Positions 22,173 through 31,700 of a stretch of 64,000 nucleotides of DNA are shown one piece after another (the first letter of the stretch is position 1; every line of letters begins with the position of its first letter). This DNA comes from an uncultured Acidobacteriota bacterium (GTDB taxonomy: Bacteria; Acidobacteriota; Vicinamibacteria; Vicinamibacterales; UBA2999), in the NCBI GenBank assembly GCA_963814955.1, contig CAWFEX010000011.1, positions 192,796 to 256,795 on the forward strand, in the 5' to 3' direction. The notes below the pieces were generated by a model that was given only the letters and a program-made list of their open reading frames with translations, ran no database searches and had not been told where the DNA came from. The translations under genes and the position numbers were made by a program.

Positions 22173-24401
22173 TTGCGCCTGATATCTGTCGCCGTCCCCG
22201 TTCCGTATCTCGATTCCCTCACGTATAACGTTCCCGACCAATACCCGAAGGCACCGCCAGTAGGGTCGCGCGTCCGTGTTCCGGTTGGAACGCGGATGGT
22301 CGTGGGTTGTGTGATTGGGCATGACGCCTCGATCGCGGCGGACACCGAACCGCGGGACGTTGCGGAGGTGCTCGATTGGGAGCCGTTTCTGCCGCCGGCG
22401 GTTGTCGACCTCTGCCGCTGGGTCGCTGATTACTACATGGCCGGCATAGGGGACGCGATTGGCGCGGCCTTACCCCCTGGAGCGCGGCGCGCGTCGGCAT
22501 ACAAGACCGAGAGAGTGGTGTACGCAGGGCAGGGGTCTGACCCGGGGTCTGACCCCGGGTCAGACCCCACCCGGCTGACTGCTAAGCAGAGCGCGGTGCT
22601 CGAGATGCTCACGACCTCGCCCGACGGCATCAGGACGTCGGCGTTGCGCGAGCGCGGTATCACCAGCGCTGTAATTCACCGCCTCGTTGCCCGCGGTCTC
22701 GCCGCGGTTCGCGAAGAACCGGCGGAGCGCGACCCATTCCAACGCGCCGCAATGTCACATATCAGTCACGATCCGGCGCGCACACTGACGGGCGAGCAGA
22801 CCGGCGCTCTGGACGCGCTCATCCGGCTCGCCGACGCCCGCCAGTTTCACGTGGCGCTGCTCCATGGGGTGACAGGAAGCGGCAAAACAGAGCTGTACAT
22901 GCGACTGGCGCGGCACGTCTGCGAACGCGGCCAGCAGGTTCTCTTGATGGTTCCCGAGATCGCGCTCACGCCGTCGGTCGTCGCGCTGTTCCGCTCGGCG
23001 TTCGGCGCACGCGTCGCCATCCAGCATAGCGGCCTCTCCGACGGCGAACGCCACGACCAGTGGCAGCGTATTCGCGGCGGGCAGGTCGAGGTCGTCATCG
23101 GCACGCGATCGGCCGTCTTCGCTCCGCTCCCCACCCCGGGCTTGATCATCGTCGACGAGGAGCACGACAGCTCCTACAAACAGGACGAGTCGCCGCGTTA
23201 TCACGGACGCGACGTGGCGATCGTGCGGGCGCGCGACGCCGGGGCGCTGGTCGTCCTCGGCTCGGCGACACCCTCGATGGAGACGTATCACAACGCCGCG
23301 ACTGGCAAATACACGCGCCTCGCACTCGAACGACGGGTCCTCGAGCGGCCGCTGGCGTCGGTGACGCTCGTGAACATGCGCGACGAGTACGCAGCGGACG
23401 GACCCGACGTCGTCGTCAGCCGGCTGATGGCTTCCGCCATCGAAGACCGTCTCGCAAGGCGTGAACAGGTGCTCGTCTTGCTCAATCGGCGCGGCTATGC
23501 CACGGCCGTGTTCTGCCGTCAGTGCGGCGATACGTTCGAATGTCCGAACTGCAGCGTGTCACTGACCGTGCACCGCCGGCGCCAGGGGTGGAGCGCACGC
23601 TGTCACTACTGCAATTACTCGACGGCCGTCCCGAAAACCTGCCGCAAGTGCGCCGCGCCGTATCTCGAGCAGGCCGGCTTCGGCACCGCGAGGATCGAAC
23701 AGCACCTGGCAGAAAGATTTCCGGACGCTCGGGTAAGTCGCGTGGACCGCGACTCCGTCAGGCGCAAAGGCACCCTGACAGCGCTCCTGTCGAGATTCGC
23801 GGCAGCTGAGATAGACGTGCTGGTGGGGACGCAGATGATTGCCAAGGGCCACGATTTCCCCGGCGTGACTCTGGTTGGTGTCATCTCGGCTGACATCGGG
23901 CTCGGTCTGGCGGACTTTCGGGCGGCGGAGCGGACGTTCCAACTGCTGACGCAGGTGGCCGGGCGCGCGGGCCGCGGCGAACGCACTGGCGACGCCATCA
24001 TCCAGACGCTTTATCCGGAGCACTACAGCATTCAGGTGGCCTGCCGGCAGGACTATCCCGGTTTCTTCGAACGAGAACTGATCTACCGCCGGACGATGTG
24101 CTACCCGCCTGCGATCGCACTCGTCAACGCGCTGGTACGCGGAAAAACGTTCGATCACGCAATGCAGACAGCCACCGCGATGGTTCGTCGCCTCGAAACC
24201 GTCGCCGATCGCGTTCCGTTCACCTTACTGGGTCCGGCACCGGCGCCGCTTGCACGCCTGCGCGGTGAACACCGCGTGCAATTCTTTCTGAAGGGTCATC
24301 GTCGCGGCGCCATGCGGGACGCGCTGCGCGAGACGCTCGCGGAAATGCCGGACGTGAGACGCCGTGTGACCATCGACGTCGATCCGCTGAATGTTTTGTA
24401 G
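22173..24401 (+). CDS. priA: Primosomal protein N' (replication restart helicase PriA)
   Basis: Walker A GVTGSGKTE, DEEHD, a Cys-rich insertion (CRQCG..CPNC...CHYC..C.KC), and the C-terminal domain. 742 aa with an intact frame. Confidence 0.9.
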   Translation: MRLISVAVPVPYLDSLTYNVPDQYPKAPPVGSRVRVPVGTRMVVGCVIGHDASIAADTEPRDVAEVLDWEPFLPPAVVDLCRWVADYYMAGIGDAIGAALPPGARRASAYKTERVVYAGQGSDPGSDPGSDPTRLTAKQSAVLEMLTTSPDGIRTSALRERGITSAVIHRLVARGLAAVREEPAERDPFQRAAMSHISHDPARTLTGEQTGALDALIRLADARQFHVALLHGVTGSGKTELYMRLARHVCERGQQVLLMVPEIALTPSVVALFRSAFGARVAIQHSGLSDGERHDQWQRIRGGQVEVVIGTRSAVFAPLPTPGLIIVDEEHDSSYKQDESPRYHGRDVAIVRARDAGALVVLGSATPSMETYHNAATGKYTRLALERRVLERPLASVTLVNMRDEYAADGPDVVVSRLMASAIEDRLARREQVLVLLNRRGYATAVFCRQCGDTFECPNCSVSLTVHRRRQGWSARCHYCNYSTAVPKTCRKCAAPYLEQAGFGTARIEQHLAERFPDARVSRVDRDSVRRKGTLTALLSRFAAAEIDVLVGTQMIAKGHDFPGVTLVGVISADIGLGLADFRAAERTFQLLTQVAGRAGRGERTGDAIIQTLYPEHYSIQVACRQDYPGFFERELIYRRTMCYPPAIALVNALVRGKTFDHAMQTATAMVRRLETVADRVPFTLLGPAPAPLARLRGEHRVQFFLKGHRRGAMRDALRETLAEMPDVRRRVTIDVDPLNVL
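22532..22568. repeat. Triple GGGTCWGACCC palindromic unit inside priA
   Basis: ggggtctgaccc ggggtctgacccc gggtcagacccc is translated in frame as GSDPGSDPGSDP. Confidence 0.8.
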
Positions 24402-24416
24402 GCGTTCGGAACGCGT

Positions 24417-25394
24417 CTAGGGCGACCCGACGAGGTCGAGAGGTTCGATCGGGGCGGGTGTAAAGCACAGGACGAACATGACCACCGCGAAGACGGCGAG
24501 CCACAGACGTCCGGTATCGAGCGGAATGTGTTCATCGACCGTGCGCGGGTGCCGTGGCCCGAACGCCAGCAGCATGACCACGGTCAACGCCGTCCAGACC
24601 AGCCATGAGCTGGAAATGAACGTCAGCCCGATCAGCGCCGCCACGGTTCCGAGCGTCACAAACGTACTTCCTCGTCCCAGCACGGCGTACGAGATGTGGC
24701 CGCCATCGAGCTGTCCTATCGGAAACAGGTTCAGCGCGGTTGCGAGCAATCCGAACCATGCCGCGAAGGCCATCGGGTGCATGTTGATCGAATAGCCGTC
24801 GGGGGGCGTTCCCCAGTACAACCACGCGATCGCCTTGAACAAAAGCGGCTCGCCAAGCTCCACGAAGCCGGCGGTGTCGGCGGGCAGCGGCGTGACCCGT
24901 GAGAGACTCATCCCGAGCAGAAGCAGCGGCACGGCAACGAGAAAGCCTGCGATGGGTCCCGCAATTCCGATGTCGAACAGCTCGCGCTTACCCGGAATGA
25001 TCTGCCGGATGCGGATGAATGCGCCGAGCGTTCCGGTGAGCGGCAGCGGCGCCGGCAGAAAATAGGGAAGCGACGCGTCAACGCCGTAGTACTTGCACGC
25101 GAAGTAATGACCGAATTCATGAGCGCCGAGAATGGCGAGAATCGACGCGCTGTACCACAGGCCGCTGAGCACGAATCCCAGCGCGGACAGCTCCTGGTTT
25201 CGGTTGCCGAAGTCGGCGGAGAAGCTCGCGAAATGCTGGGCCCCGACGAGCACGGTCGTAACAACGGTCACGAGGAAGAGAACGAGGTGACGCCAGCGGC
25301 GCGGACGTGGCGCGGGTCGTACCACCGCCGCGAGGGGCGGTTCGACAGGATGACGCAACACGTATTCCGGGGGATTGGACGAAGCGAAGCCCAT
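24417..25394 (-). CDS. Site-2 protease family (M50) membrane metalloprotease
   Basis: HEFGHYFACKYYGV HExxH motif within a TM helix, a polytopic membrane profile, and a conserved distal D in NLFPIGQLDGGH. Confidence 0.8.
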   Translation of the reverse strand: MGFASSNPPEYVLRHPVEPPLAAVVRPAPRPRRWRHLVLFLVTVVTTVLVGAQHFASFSADFGNRNQELSALGFVLSGLWYSASILAILGAHEFGHYFACKYYGVDASLPYFLPAPLPLTGTLGAFIRIRQIIPGKRELFDIGIAGPIAGFLVAVPLLLLGMSLSRVTPLPADTAGFVELGEPLLFKAIAWLYWGTPPDGYSINMHPMAFAAWFGLLATALNLFPIGQLDGGHISYAVLGRGSTFVTLGTVAALIGLTFISSSWLVWTALTVVMLLAFGPRHPRTVDEHIPLDTGRLWLAVFAVVMFVLCFTPAPIEPLDLVGSP

Positions 25395-25402
25395 ACGGGC
25401 CG

Positions 25403-25672
25403 TTACCCGATATTCTGCAGCTCTTTGCCGGGCTTGAAGCGAATGGTCCGCCCCGGCGGGATGCGAACTTCCTTGCCGGTTCGCGGGTTGCGGCCGATGC
25501 CGCGCTTCCGGGGCTTCACCTGAAACACTCCGAAGCCACGGAGCTCGATCCGGTCGCCTCGCTGCATGGAGACGCGCATCGCGTCGAACACGGCATCGAC
25601 GGCCAACTCAGCCTTGACTTTGGTAATGTCAGCGATCTTCGAAACCTCGTTGACGATGTCGACCTTGATCAT
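25403..25672 (-). CDS. HU/IHF family DNA-binding protein
   Basis: 89 aa. The GFG.F....R..R.GRNP.TG arm motif is present (RGFGVFQVKPRKRGIGRNPRTGKEV). Confidence 0.85.
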   Translation of the reverse strand: MIKVDIVNEVSKIADITKVKAELAVDAVFDAMRVSMQRGDRIELRGFGVFQVKPRKRGIGRNPRTGKEVRIPPGRTIRFKPGKELQNIG

Positions 25673-25734
25673 GCAGGGAGATCCTTGGCTGAGGGAACTG
25701 TAACTACTATAGAAAGAACCACTTACGCTGTCAA

Positions 25735-27129
25735 ATGAATCGTGAGCGACTTCTGTCGGTCGTGCTCGTCGGACGCCCGAACGTAGGCAAATCGACGCTT
25801 TTCAACCGCCTGACGGGCCGTAGACGCGCGATCGTCACAAAAATCCCCGGCACAACGCGCGACGTCATCGCCCATCCTGCGGAATGGCGGGGACGGAAGT
25901 TCGAACTGGTGGATACGGGCGGGATGTTTGGCGCGAGTCAGGATCCTCTGCACGATCTTGTGCACGAAAGAGGCCGCCGCGCAATCGCCGCTGCGGATCT
26001 CCTTGTCCTCGTTGTAGATGGACGCGAAGGCCTCGTGCCTGGTGACTTCGACATCGCGAAAGCCGTGCGCGAGGCAAATGCGCCCGCCATCGTCGCCATC
26101 AACAAGAACGATGATCGCCGTGCCCGTTCGAGTGTCCTCGAGTTCCACCAGTTGGGTTTCGACCACGTGCTGGAGATTTCAGCGGAGCATGGGGAAGGCA
26201 CCGGCGACCTGCTCGACGTCGTCGTGGACGAACTAGGGTTGCGGGCGCCAGCCGAGGAGCGCTCAGCCGAGAAAGCGGACGAGGGGAAAGCCTCCCGCGC
26301 AAGAGCGAGAGACGACGCATCGCGCGAGGTCGGCATCGTTGTCGTCGGGCGGCCCAATGCCGGCAAGTCGTCGCTCGTCAACCGATTACTCCGCGAAGAA
26401 CGAATGCTCGTCAGCGAAACACCGGGCACGACCCGTGACGCTGTCGATGCACTGCTCACGTGGCATCGCCGGCAGTTTCGGATCGTCGACACCGCGGGGA
26501 TCCGCCGGCCCGGCCGTGTGGCACGCGGCGGTCAGGTGGAAGCGGTCAGCGTCCTGCTCGCCCGGCGTGCCATGGAATCGGCCGATGTGGCGGTCATCGT
26601 CGTCGACGCCACACAGGGCGCCACCGACCAGGACGCCGCGATTGCCGGGGAAGCGGAGAAGGCCGGGTGCGGAATCATCATCGCCGCCAACAAGTGGGAC
26701 CTGATGAAGGGGAAGGACGGCGACGTTGCGAAGGAGTTTGACGAGGCGCTCCGGCGACAGCTGAAGTTTCTCGATTACGCGCCCGTGCTGCACATCTCCG
26801 CGGTCACCGGAGAGCGCACGCCTCGATTGCTCGAGACGATCGACCGCGTGGCGGCCGCACGAACGATGCGCGTCAAGACACCTGAACTGAATGCACTGAT
26901 GAAGCAGCTCACGAGCGCGCACCTTCCGCCGAGCCGCGGCCGCACCGCGACGCGCATTCTGTACGCCGCCCAGACCGGGGTGGCGCCGCCGACCTTCGTG
27001 ATTTTCACCAACGTGGCCACCGAGCTTCACTTCTCGTACGAGCGGTATCTGGTGAATAACATTCGGGACTCGTTTGGTTTCGTCGGCGCGCCGATCCGGC
27101 TGCACGTGCGACGCCGCCGCCGAAAATAA
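25735..27129 (+). CDS. der: Ribosome biogenesis GTPase Der (EngA)
   Basis: Two tandem GTPase domains (GRPNVGKSTLFN and GRPNAGKSSLVN, each with DTGG/DTAG and NK.D) plus a KH-like C-terminus. Confidence 0.9.
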   Translation: MNRERLLSVVLVGRPNVGKSTLFNRLTGRRRAIVTKIPGTTRDVIAHPAEWRGRKFELVDTGGMFGASQDPLHDLVHERGRRAIAAADLLVLVVDGREGLVPGDFDIAKAVREANAPAIVAINKNDDRRARSSVLEFHQLGFDHVLEISAEHGEGTGDLLDVVVDELGLRAPAEERSAEKADEGKASRARARDDASREVGIVVVGRPNAGKSSLVNRLLREERMLVSETPGTTRDAVDALLTWHRRQFRIVDTAGIRRPGRVARGGQVEAVSVLLARRAMESADVAVIVVDATQGATDQDAAIAGEAEKAGCGIIIAANKWDLMKGKDGDVAKEFDEALRRQLKFLDYAPVLHISAVTGERTPRLLETIDRVAAARTMRVKTPELNALMKQLTSAHLPPSRGRTATRILYAAQTGVAPPTFVIFTNVATELHFSYERYLVNNIRDSFGFVGAPIRLHVRRRRRK

Positions 27130-27153
27130 GCCGCAGGCTGTTATACTTGCCCG

Positions 27154-27727
27154 GTGACTCCAAAGCTGTACAAAGCTTCGGAAGTCTGCGAGGCGACGGG
27201 TGTCCAGCCGTACGTGCTCCGGTCGTGGGAGAAGGAATTTCCCGGGATCGGAGTGCAGAAGTCGCTCGACTCACCGCGTCTGTATCGTCAGTCGGACCTC
27301 GACCAGGTCCTGCGTATCAAGCAGCTCGTCTTCGTCGAGGGGCTCACGCTGGCCGGGGCCAGACGGCGGCTCGAGGAAGAGTCGCCGCGGTCGAAGGCTC
27401 GCACTGCGGCAATCGCAGACGAGGTACTCGACACGCTTGGCGCAGACGCGCGATCGCGGATCGAGCTGGTTCGAACCGGTCTTCGTTCGATCCTTCAGGT
27501 GCTGTCGAAGCGCGCGGGCATGGCGACGGTCCCCGAGCTGCCACGCAACGGATGGCGCCGCGAATCGGCGCTGCGGCGGCGTCAAACCGACGAACGGACG
27601 GAGCACCGCGTCTGCCGCTGGCCGAGGTCGAACGGCGGCCAAGCCGGCAAAGCGTGCGAGCACTCCAAAGCGTGCCTCTGGCGCGCGCAAGGCGAAGGCC
27701 GGAAAACGGAAGCGCACAAGCGCTTGA

Positions 27728-27738
<11 letters not shown>
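27154..27738 (+). CDS. MerR family transcriptional regulator (C-terminus uncertain)
   Basis: N-terminal MerR HTH (YKASEVCEATGVQPYVLRSWEKEF...RLYRQSDL..VLRIKQL). The listed frame runs 11 nt into the tRNA. An alternative frame with a Lys/Ala-rich tail ends at 27727, flush with the tRNA, so an internal indel is likely. Confidence 0.7.
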
Positions 27739-27804
<66 letters not shown>

Positions 27805-27813
27805 ATTTTTCCA

Positions 27814-27859
27814 TGGTTGGTTGCAACGTAATCGCAACGGGCGCCGCGAGTGGCGCCCG
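27814..27859 (+). repeat. Conserved two-hairpin block following a tRNA-Pro 3' end (copy 1)
   Basis: ggttggttgcaacgtaatcgcaacgggcgccgcgagtggcgcccgt, with stems GTTGC/GCAAC and ACGGGCGCC/GGCGCCCGT. It is near-identical to 60138-60182. Confidence 0.7.
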
Positions 27860-27883
27860 TCGCTGTTCTGAGAGGGCCTCGCC

Positions 27884-28093
27884 ATGAGCATTCCGAAAGG
27901 CTTCGAACCGCCCGACTTGGATCCGGAAGTCCTCGCAGACGTTCAGGGAGGCCGCGAGGAATTGTTAGAGGCTGTGCGCAGAATCGCCGCCAACCAGGAA
28001 CAAACGAACAAACTGCTTAAAGAGATCCTCGCCGTGCTCATCGCCGGAAACGATGACGGCGAGAAACGTCGCTACCCGCGCGTCTTGACCTAG
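27884..28093 (+). CDS. Hypothetical small protein
   Basis: 69-aa ORF with no recognisable domain. The bases just upstream of its ATG and its first two codons are conserved at 60203, where the reading frame stops after 14 codons. Confidence 0.35.
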   Translation: MSIPKGFEPPDLDPEVLADVQGGREELLEAVRRIAANQEQTNKLLKEILAVLIAGNDDGEKRRYPRVLT

Positions 28094-28145
28094 GCGCTCG
28101 CCAACAGTCCAATCGTTCGACTGGAACCCGGCCCCTCAGAACTAG

Positions 28146-29256
28146 ATGATTCAGGTTCAATTGAAGCTCCGTCTGACGAAGGCTCAGGATCGCACGCTCG
28201 AGCGGTGGCTGTGGCATTTGACCGCCGTATGGAATTGGGCGGTAAAGACGATTGAGCGAGAGGGGCCACGGCTGTCGCTCTATACGCTCTTCGCTCGACT
28301 AGCTGGTCACGGCTCGCGGATCGGTATTTCTGGTCGTGCCGTGCTTGGGACGGCGCAGACAGCCCACGTCGCATGGCGGCGGGCGTATCGCGGTCAGGCC
28401 GGTCGGCCGCGATTGAAGGGTCTGCGGCGGCCGTTGACATCCATTGCGTTTGACTGCTGGAAAACGAAGCCGCGCGGCCGTCGTATCACCGTCCCAATCC
28501 TGGGGGCTGTGCGGTTTCATCCGCAAGACATCCCTGATGGTCACGTTGGGGCAGCGCGGCTGGTGAAGCGTGCATCGGGTTGGTATCTCTGCTTGTTCGT
28601 TCATGCTGAGCCAGCGCCGATTCAGGTGACCGGCGATGGCGAAGTCGGCATAGACCCAGGCTTCTCGTCGCTCGTCACGCTCTCAACGGGTGAGCGCATC
28701 GAGCACCCGCACGAACTACAGGCGGCGGCTGACCGTCTCGGCCAAGCGCAGCGGGGCAACCAGAAACAGCTCGCGGCTCGTATTCAGGAACGGATCGCGA
28801 ATCGTCGAAAGAACCGGAACCATCATCTCTCGCGACGGCTCGTGGCCGAGAATCGCCTCATCGTCGTGTCGGCCGATCAGCACTGCGCCGTTGCTAGACG
28901 TTTCGGAAAGTCAGTTACCAGCGCAGGACATTTTCAGCTTCGGTCCATGCTTGTGTACAAGTGCAGCCGTACAGGCGGTCGCGAGGTACATCGAAGTGTC
29001 CAATCGGCATTCCACCGCCCTTTGACGGTGCAACCGGACGCGCAACACGCGATCTTTGAAAACTGAATACCACTCCTTTTCCGTAAAGCCGGTCGGGCCT
29101 CGCGTTATGCAGGTCGGGCTAATCGCCGTCGCCGACATCCGGAATTCGCGAAAAGTGTTCAAGCAGTCAATCGCTTATCGGATGTCTCTGGTGCCAGCGG
29201 TTTGGCGGTATGCTGCGAGTACCTGGGGGCCGGTCGCGATATGCCGGTCGGCCTAA
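28146..29256 (+). pseudogene. TnpB-like (IS200/IS605 OrfB, RuvC-fold) gene, decayed C-terminal part
   Basis: The 306-aa ORF has LKLRLTKAQ, RuvC-I GIDPGFSS, and LVYKC..GGREV. The expected RuvC-II VVEDL reads VVSADQ. After about 28990 the family pattern continues in the +1 frame (IEVSNRHSTAL, an in-frame TGA at 29023, then ...IAVADIRNSRKVF, which is RuvC-III-like) up to 29256. The zinc-finger cysteines are mostly lost. Confidence 0.65.
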
Positions 29257-29299
29257 TGATTAATTGGGCTGACCATGTAAAACGGGTGGGAGGCGACGT

Positions 29300-30432
29300 T
29301 TGCGCAGGATTAAAAAGACCTTCGAACTTTCGCGCCGCGACGTGCTTCGACTCGTCTCCTCCGCGGCCCTCGGCGTCCCGTTCGCATCGTCCGCGGCTTA
29401 CGCTGGCCAGGGTGAGCGGCAGCTGCCGCACGAAGGGGTGTTCGAACTCGGGGACGTGCGACTTGAATCGGGCGTGACGCTGCCGAATGTGAAACTTGGG
29501 TACAAGACCCATGGCCGGCTCAATGCCGACAAGAGCAACGTCCTCCTCTACCCCACCCCATATCCCGCACAACACGGCGACATCGAGTGGCTGATCGGTC
29601 CGGGCCGGGCGTTAGACCCTGACAAGCACTTCATCATCGTTCTCGATCAACTGGGTAATGGCCTGTCCTCGTCGCCAGGCAACACTCCGTCACCATTCGA
29701 TCGGATGAACTTTCCGATCGTCACGATCAGAGACGATGTTTCGGCGCAGCACAGGTTGGTGAGTTCTGGATTCGGCATTCGACGAGTCGCTCTGGTGACC
29801 GGGTGGTCGATGGGCGCCCAACAAACATTTCAGTGGGCGGTGAGCCATCCGGACATGGTTGAGCGTATCGCGCCGTTTTGCGGCACCGCGAAAACGACGC
29901 CCCACAACGCCGTGTTCCTCCAAAGCGCTCGATCTGCCCTCACCGCAGATGCCGCGTGGATGGACGGCAACTACAAGGACCAGCCGGTCAAGGGGGTGCG
30001 TGCGTTTTCACACGTCTATGCCGGTTGGGCATTCTCGCAACCCTTCTATAAACAGGAACTGTACCGGGAACTCGGATTCACCTCGCTGGAAGATTTCATC
30101 ACCGGGTTCTGGGAGAAGCGATATGCGCGCCGCGACGCGAACAATCTGCTCTCCATGCTCCGTACCTGGCAGCTGAGCGATGTGGGCTCAACCGTGGGAT
30201 ACGGCGGCAGTCTCGAGCGGGCGCTGGGCGCGATCGAAGCTAAGCCACAGTCATGGCGGGAGAGACGGACCTCTACTTCACGCCAGCGGACATCGAGGCG
30301 GACGCGGCATGCATTCCCGGCGCTCGCTTCCAGGTGATTCCGTCCCTCTGGGGTCACATGGCCGGTGCCGGCCTCAACTCGACGGATTCGCAGTTCATTG
30401 AAACGGAGATCAAGGCTCTGCTTGCGATGTAA
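29300..30432 (+). CDS. Tat-secreted alpha/beta hydrolase (homoserine O-acetyltransferase/MetX-like fold), frameshifted
   Basis: Twin-arginine signal SRRDVLRLV..AAYA and nucleophile elbow GWSMGA. The C-terminus ATVMAGETDLYFTP...IKALLAM* lies in the -1 frame after a missing base near 30244. Confidence 0.75.
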
Positions 30433-31154
30433 ATTCGTGACGCGCTGTGGGCACCTGCTGTTGCAGTGCCACCTCGCGGTTTTTCGGACTGGCCGCCCGA
30501 CCAGCGTTTGCAGCACCCGGCGGCGCGCGGGGCGATCGTGAGCCGCCGCGGCTGAAACGCAGACGTTAGCTCGCGATCGACGCCGTAGCGTTTTGTCTCT
30601 CAGGACACCTGACTGACAGACGAGAGCGTAGCTGCACGTTCCCCACAAAGATCGAGCGTTGCAGGCTCACGAAATGCAACCGTGCGTGCAATCTACTGGT
30701 TGCGTCGCCAGCGCGTGCATGCTGATGTGCAAGTATGGCCGCGCCACTCTGCCGCGCAATCGGCCGCCATCCATGCGTCCTCGATCGTCGTGAATTCGCG
30801 GTTCGCTCCCACAGGGCCTAGGCGTGTTCCGAACGGGATGACATCGATCGTCACGAAGATCCCCGGTTTACGTTCTTCTACGAAGCCATCCGACCCATCA
30901 TGGTGGTGGCGGTGCCACTCTCTGAGCTTCGTCGCGTTCACCACGTTCGCCGCTAGCGATGAGGTCTTGCGCCGGTTCGAGGTGGTCATCGTATGCCGTC
31001 CTGACAGCGGGCCGCGGTGCGAGTCACGCGCATCACGAATCTCTCCGCAACGCGTTCAACAGCAGTGGCCGCTCGCAAAATGCGTCGCATGACTTGTCCG
31101 GACACTGTGTGACAGTGCCGACACTTGGAGCCCTAAATCGTCGGTCGCGATTAA

Positions 31155-31412
31155 TTTCCTCGTCGGTTAGACGACTTACAGAAGATTTCGGTCACATCGC
31201 ACGCATCACCCGACTTCGACGACCTCCCACACGAGTACCTCACCGTTCCGGATTTTGCGGCGTATCTGACGGTGGGCGACAAATTGGTCCGGAAGTGGAT
31301 CCGAGCCGGCGTGCTGCCGGCTTACCGGTTTCCGCCGGGGCCGACGGGCGAGGTGCGCATCGCGAAGGCGGACGCGATCGCGTTCATCGAGCGGGCGCGC
31401 TTTCAGAGCTAG
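31155..31412 (+). pseudogene. Excisionase-type HTH_17 (MerR-superfamily) gene remnant without a canonical start
   Basis: Manual translation gives ...EYLTVPDFAAYLTVGDKLVRKWIRAGVLPAYRF..GEVRIAKADAIAFIERARFQS*. There is no ATG/GTG/TTG upstream of the HTH in this frame. The 3' 48 nt are about 90% identical to 60401-60448. Confidence 0.5.
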
Positions 31413-31588
31413 GCCGATCGCTGCTCCTGTTGCTTACGGGTCACCTGCCATTCCGCTTTGCACTCGGAGCAATACCAGTGCAGCTGGATCTTCTCGCCCC
31501 GAATGGTGTGTTGGAGATGGACAGTGCCCGACCTGCCGCAATGAAGGCAGTGGCCTGGCCTCCGAATGGAAACCGGCGTATTGGGCAT
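31409..31588 (-). CDS. Small zinc-ribbon protein (paralogue 1)
   Basis: MPNTPVSIRRPGHCLHCGRSGTVHLQHTIRGEKIQLHWYCSECKAEWQV. It has a CxxC-x21-CxxC-x2-W pattern and about 60% identity to paralogue 2. Confidence 0.55.
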   Translation of the reverse strand: MPNTPVSIRRPGHCLHCGRSGTVHLQHTIRGEKIQLHWYCSECKAEWQVTRKQQEQRSA

Positions 31589-31700
31589 GGTGGAAACCGA
31601 GCCAGGAGAGCGTATCACGGCTACGGTTCGGGAATTTGCTGAGTATGTGACGGTCAGCCCGAAGACGGTCTGGAAGTGGATCTCAAACCGAGAGTCACCC
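31566..31700 (+). pseudogene. Second HTH_17-like fragment (3' end undefined)
   Basis: TVREFAEYVTVSPKTVWKWI matches the HTH_17 recognition helix. Similarity is lost after KWI, and the rest of the 338-aa track ORF has no recognisable domain. Confidence 0.3.

Noticed and set aside
30693-30989. 98-aa minus-strand ORF with a His-rich WHRHHHDGSDGFVEE segment, considered as a cupin or metal-binding protein
   Set aside because: The spacing does not fit the cupin G-x5-H-x-H-x3,4-E motif and no other family signature is visible. It lies in a region with no other supported genes. Left unannotated.
31103-31117. Palindrome CACTGTgtgACAGTG upstream of the HTH_17 remnant as an operator
   Set aside because: It has only 6-bp arms, which are expected by chance at this scale. 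The downstream gene lacks a start codon, so a regulatory role cannot be argued.
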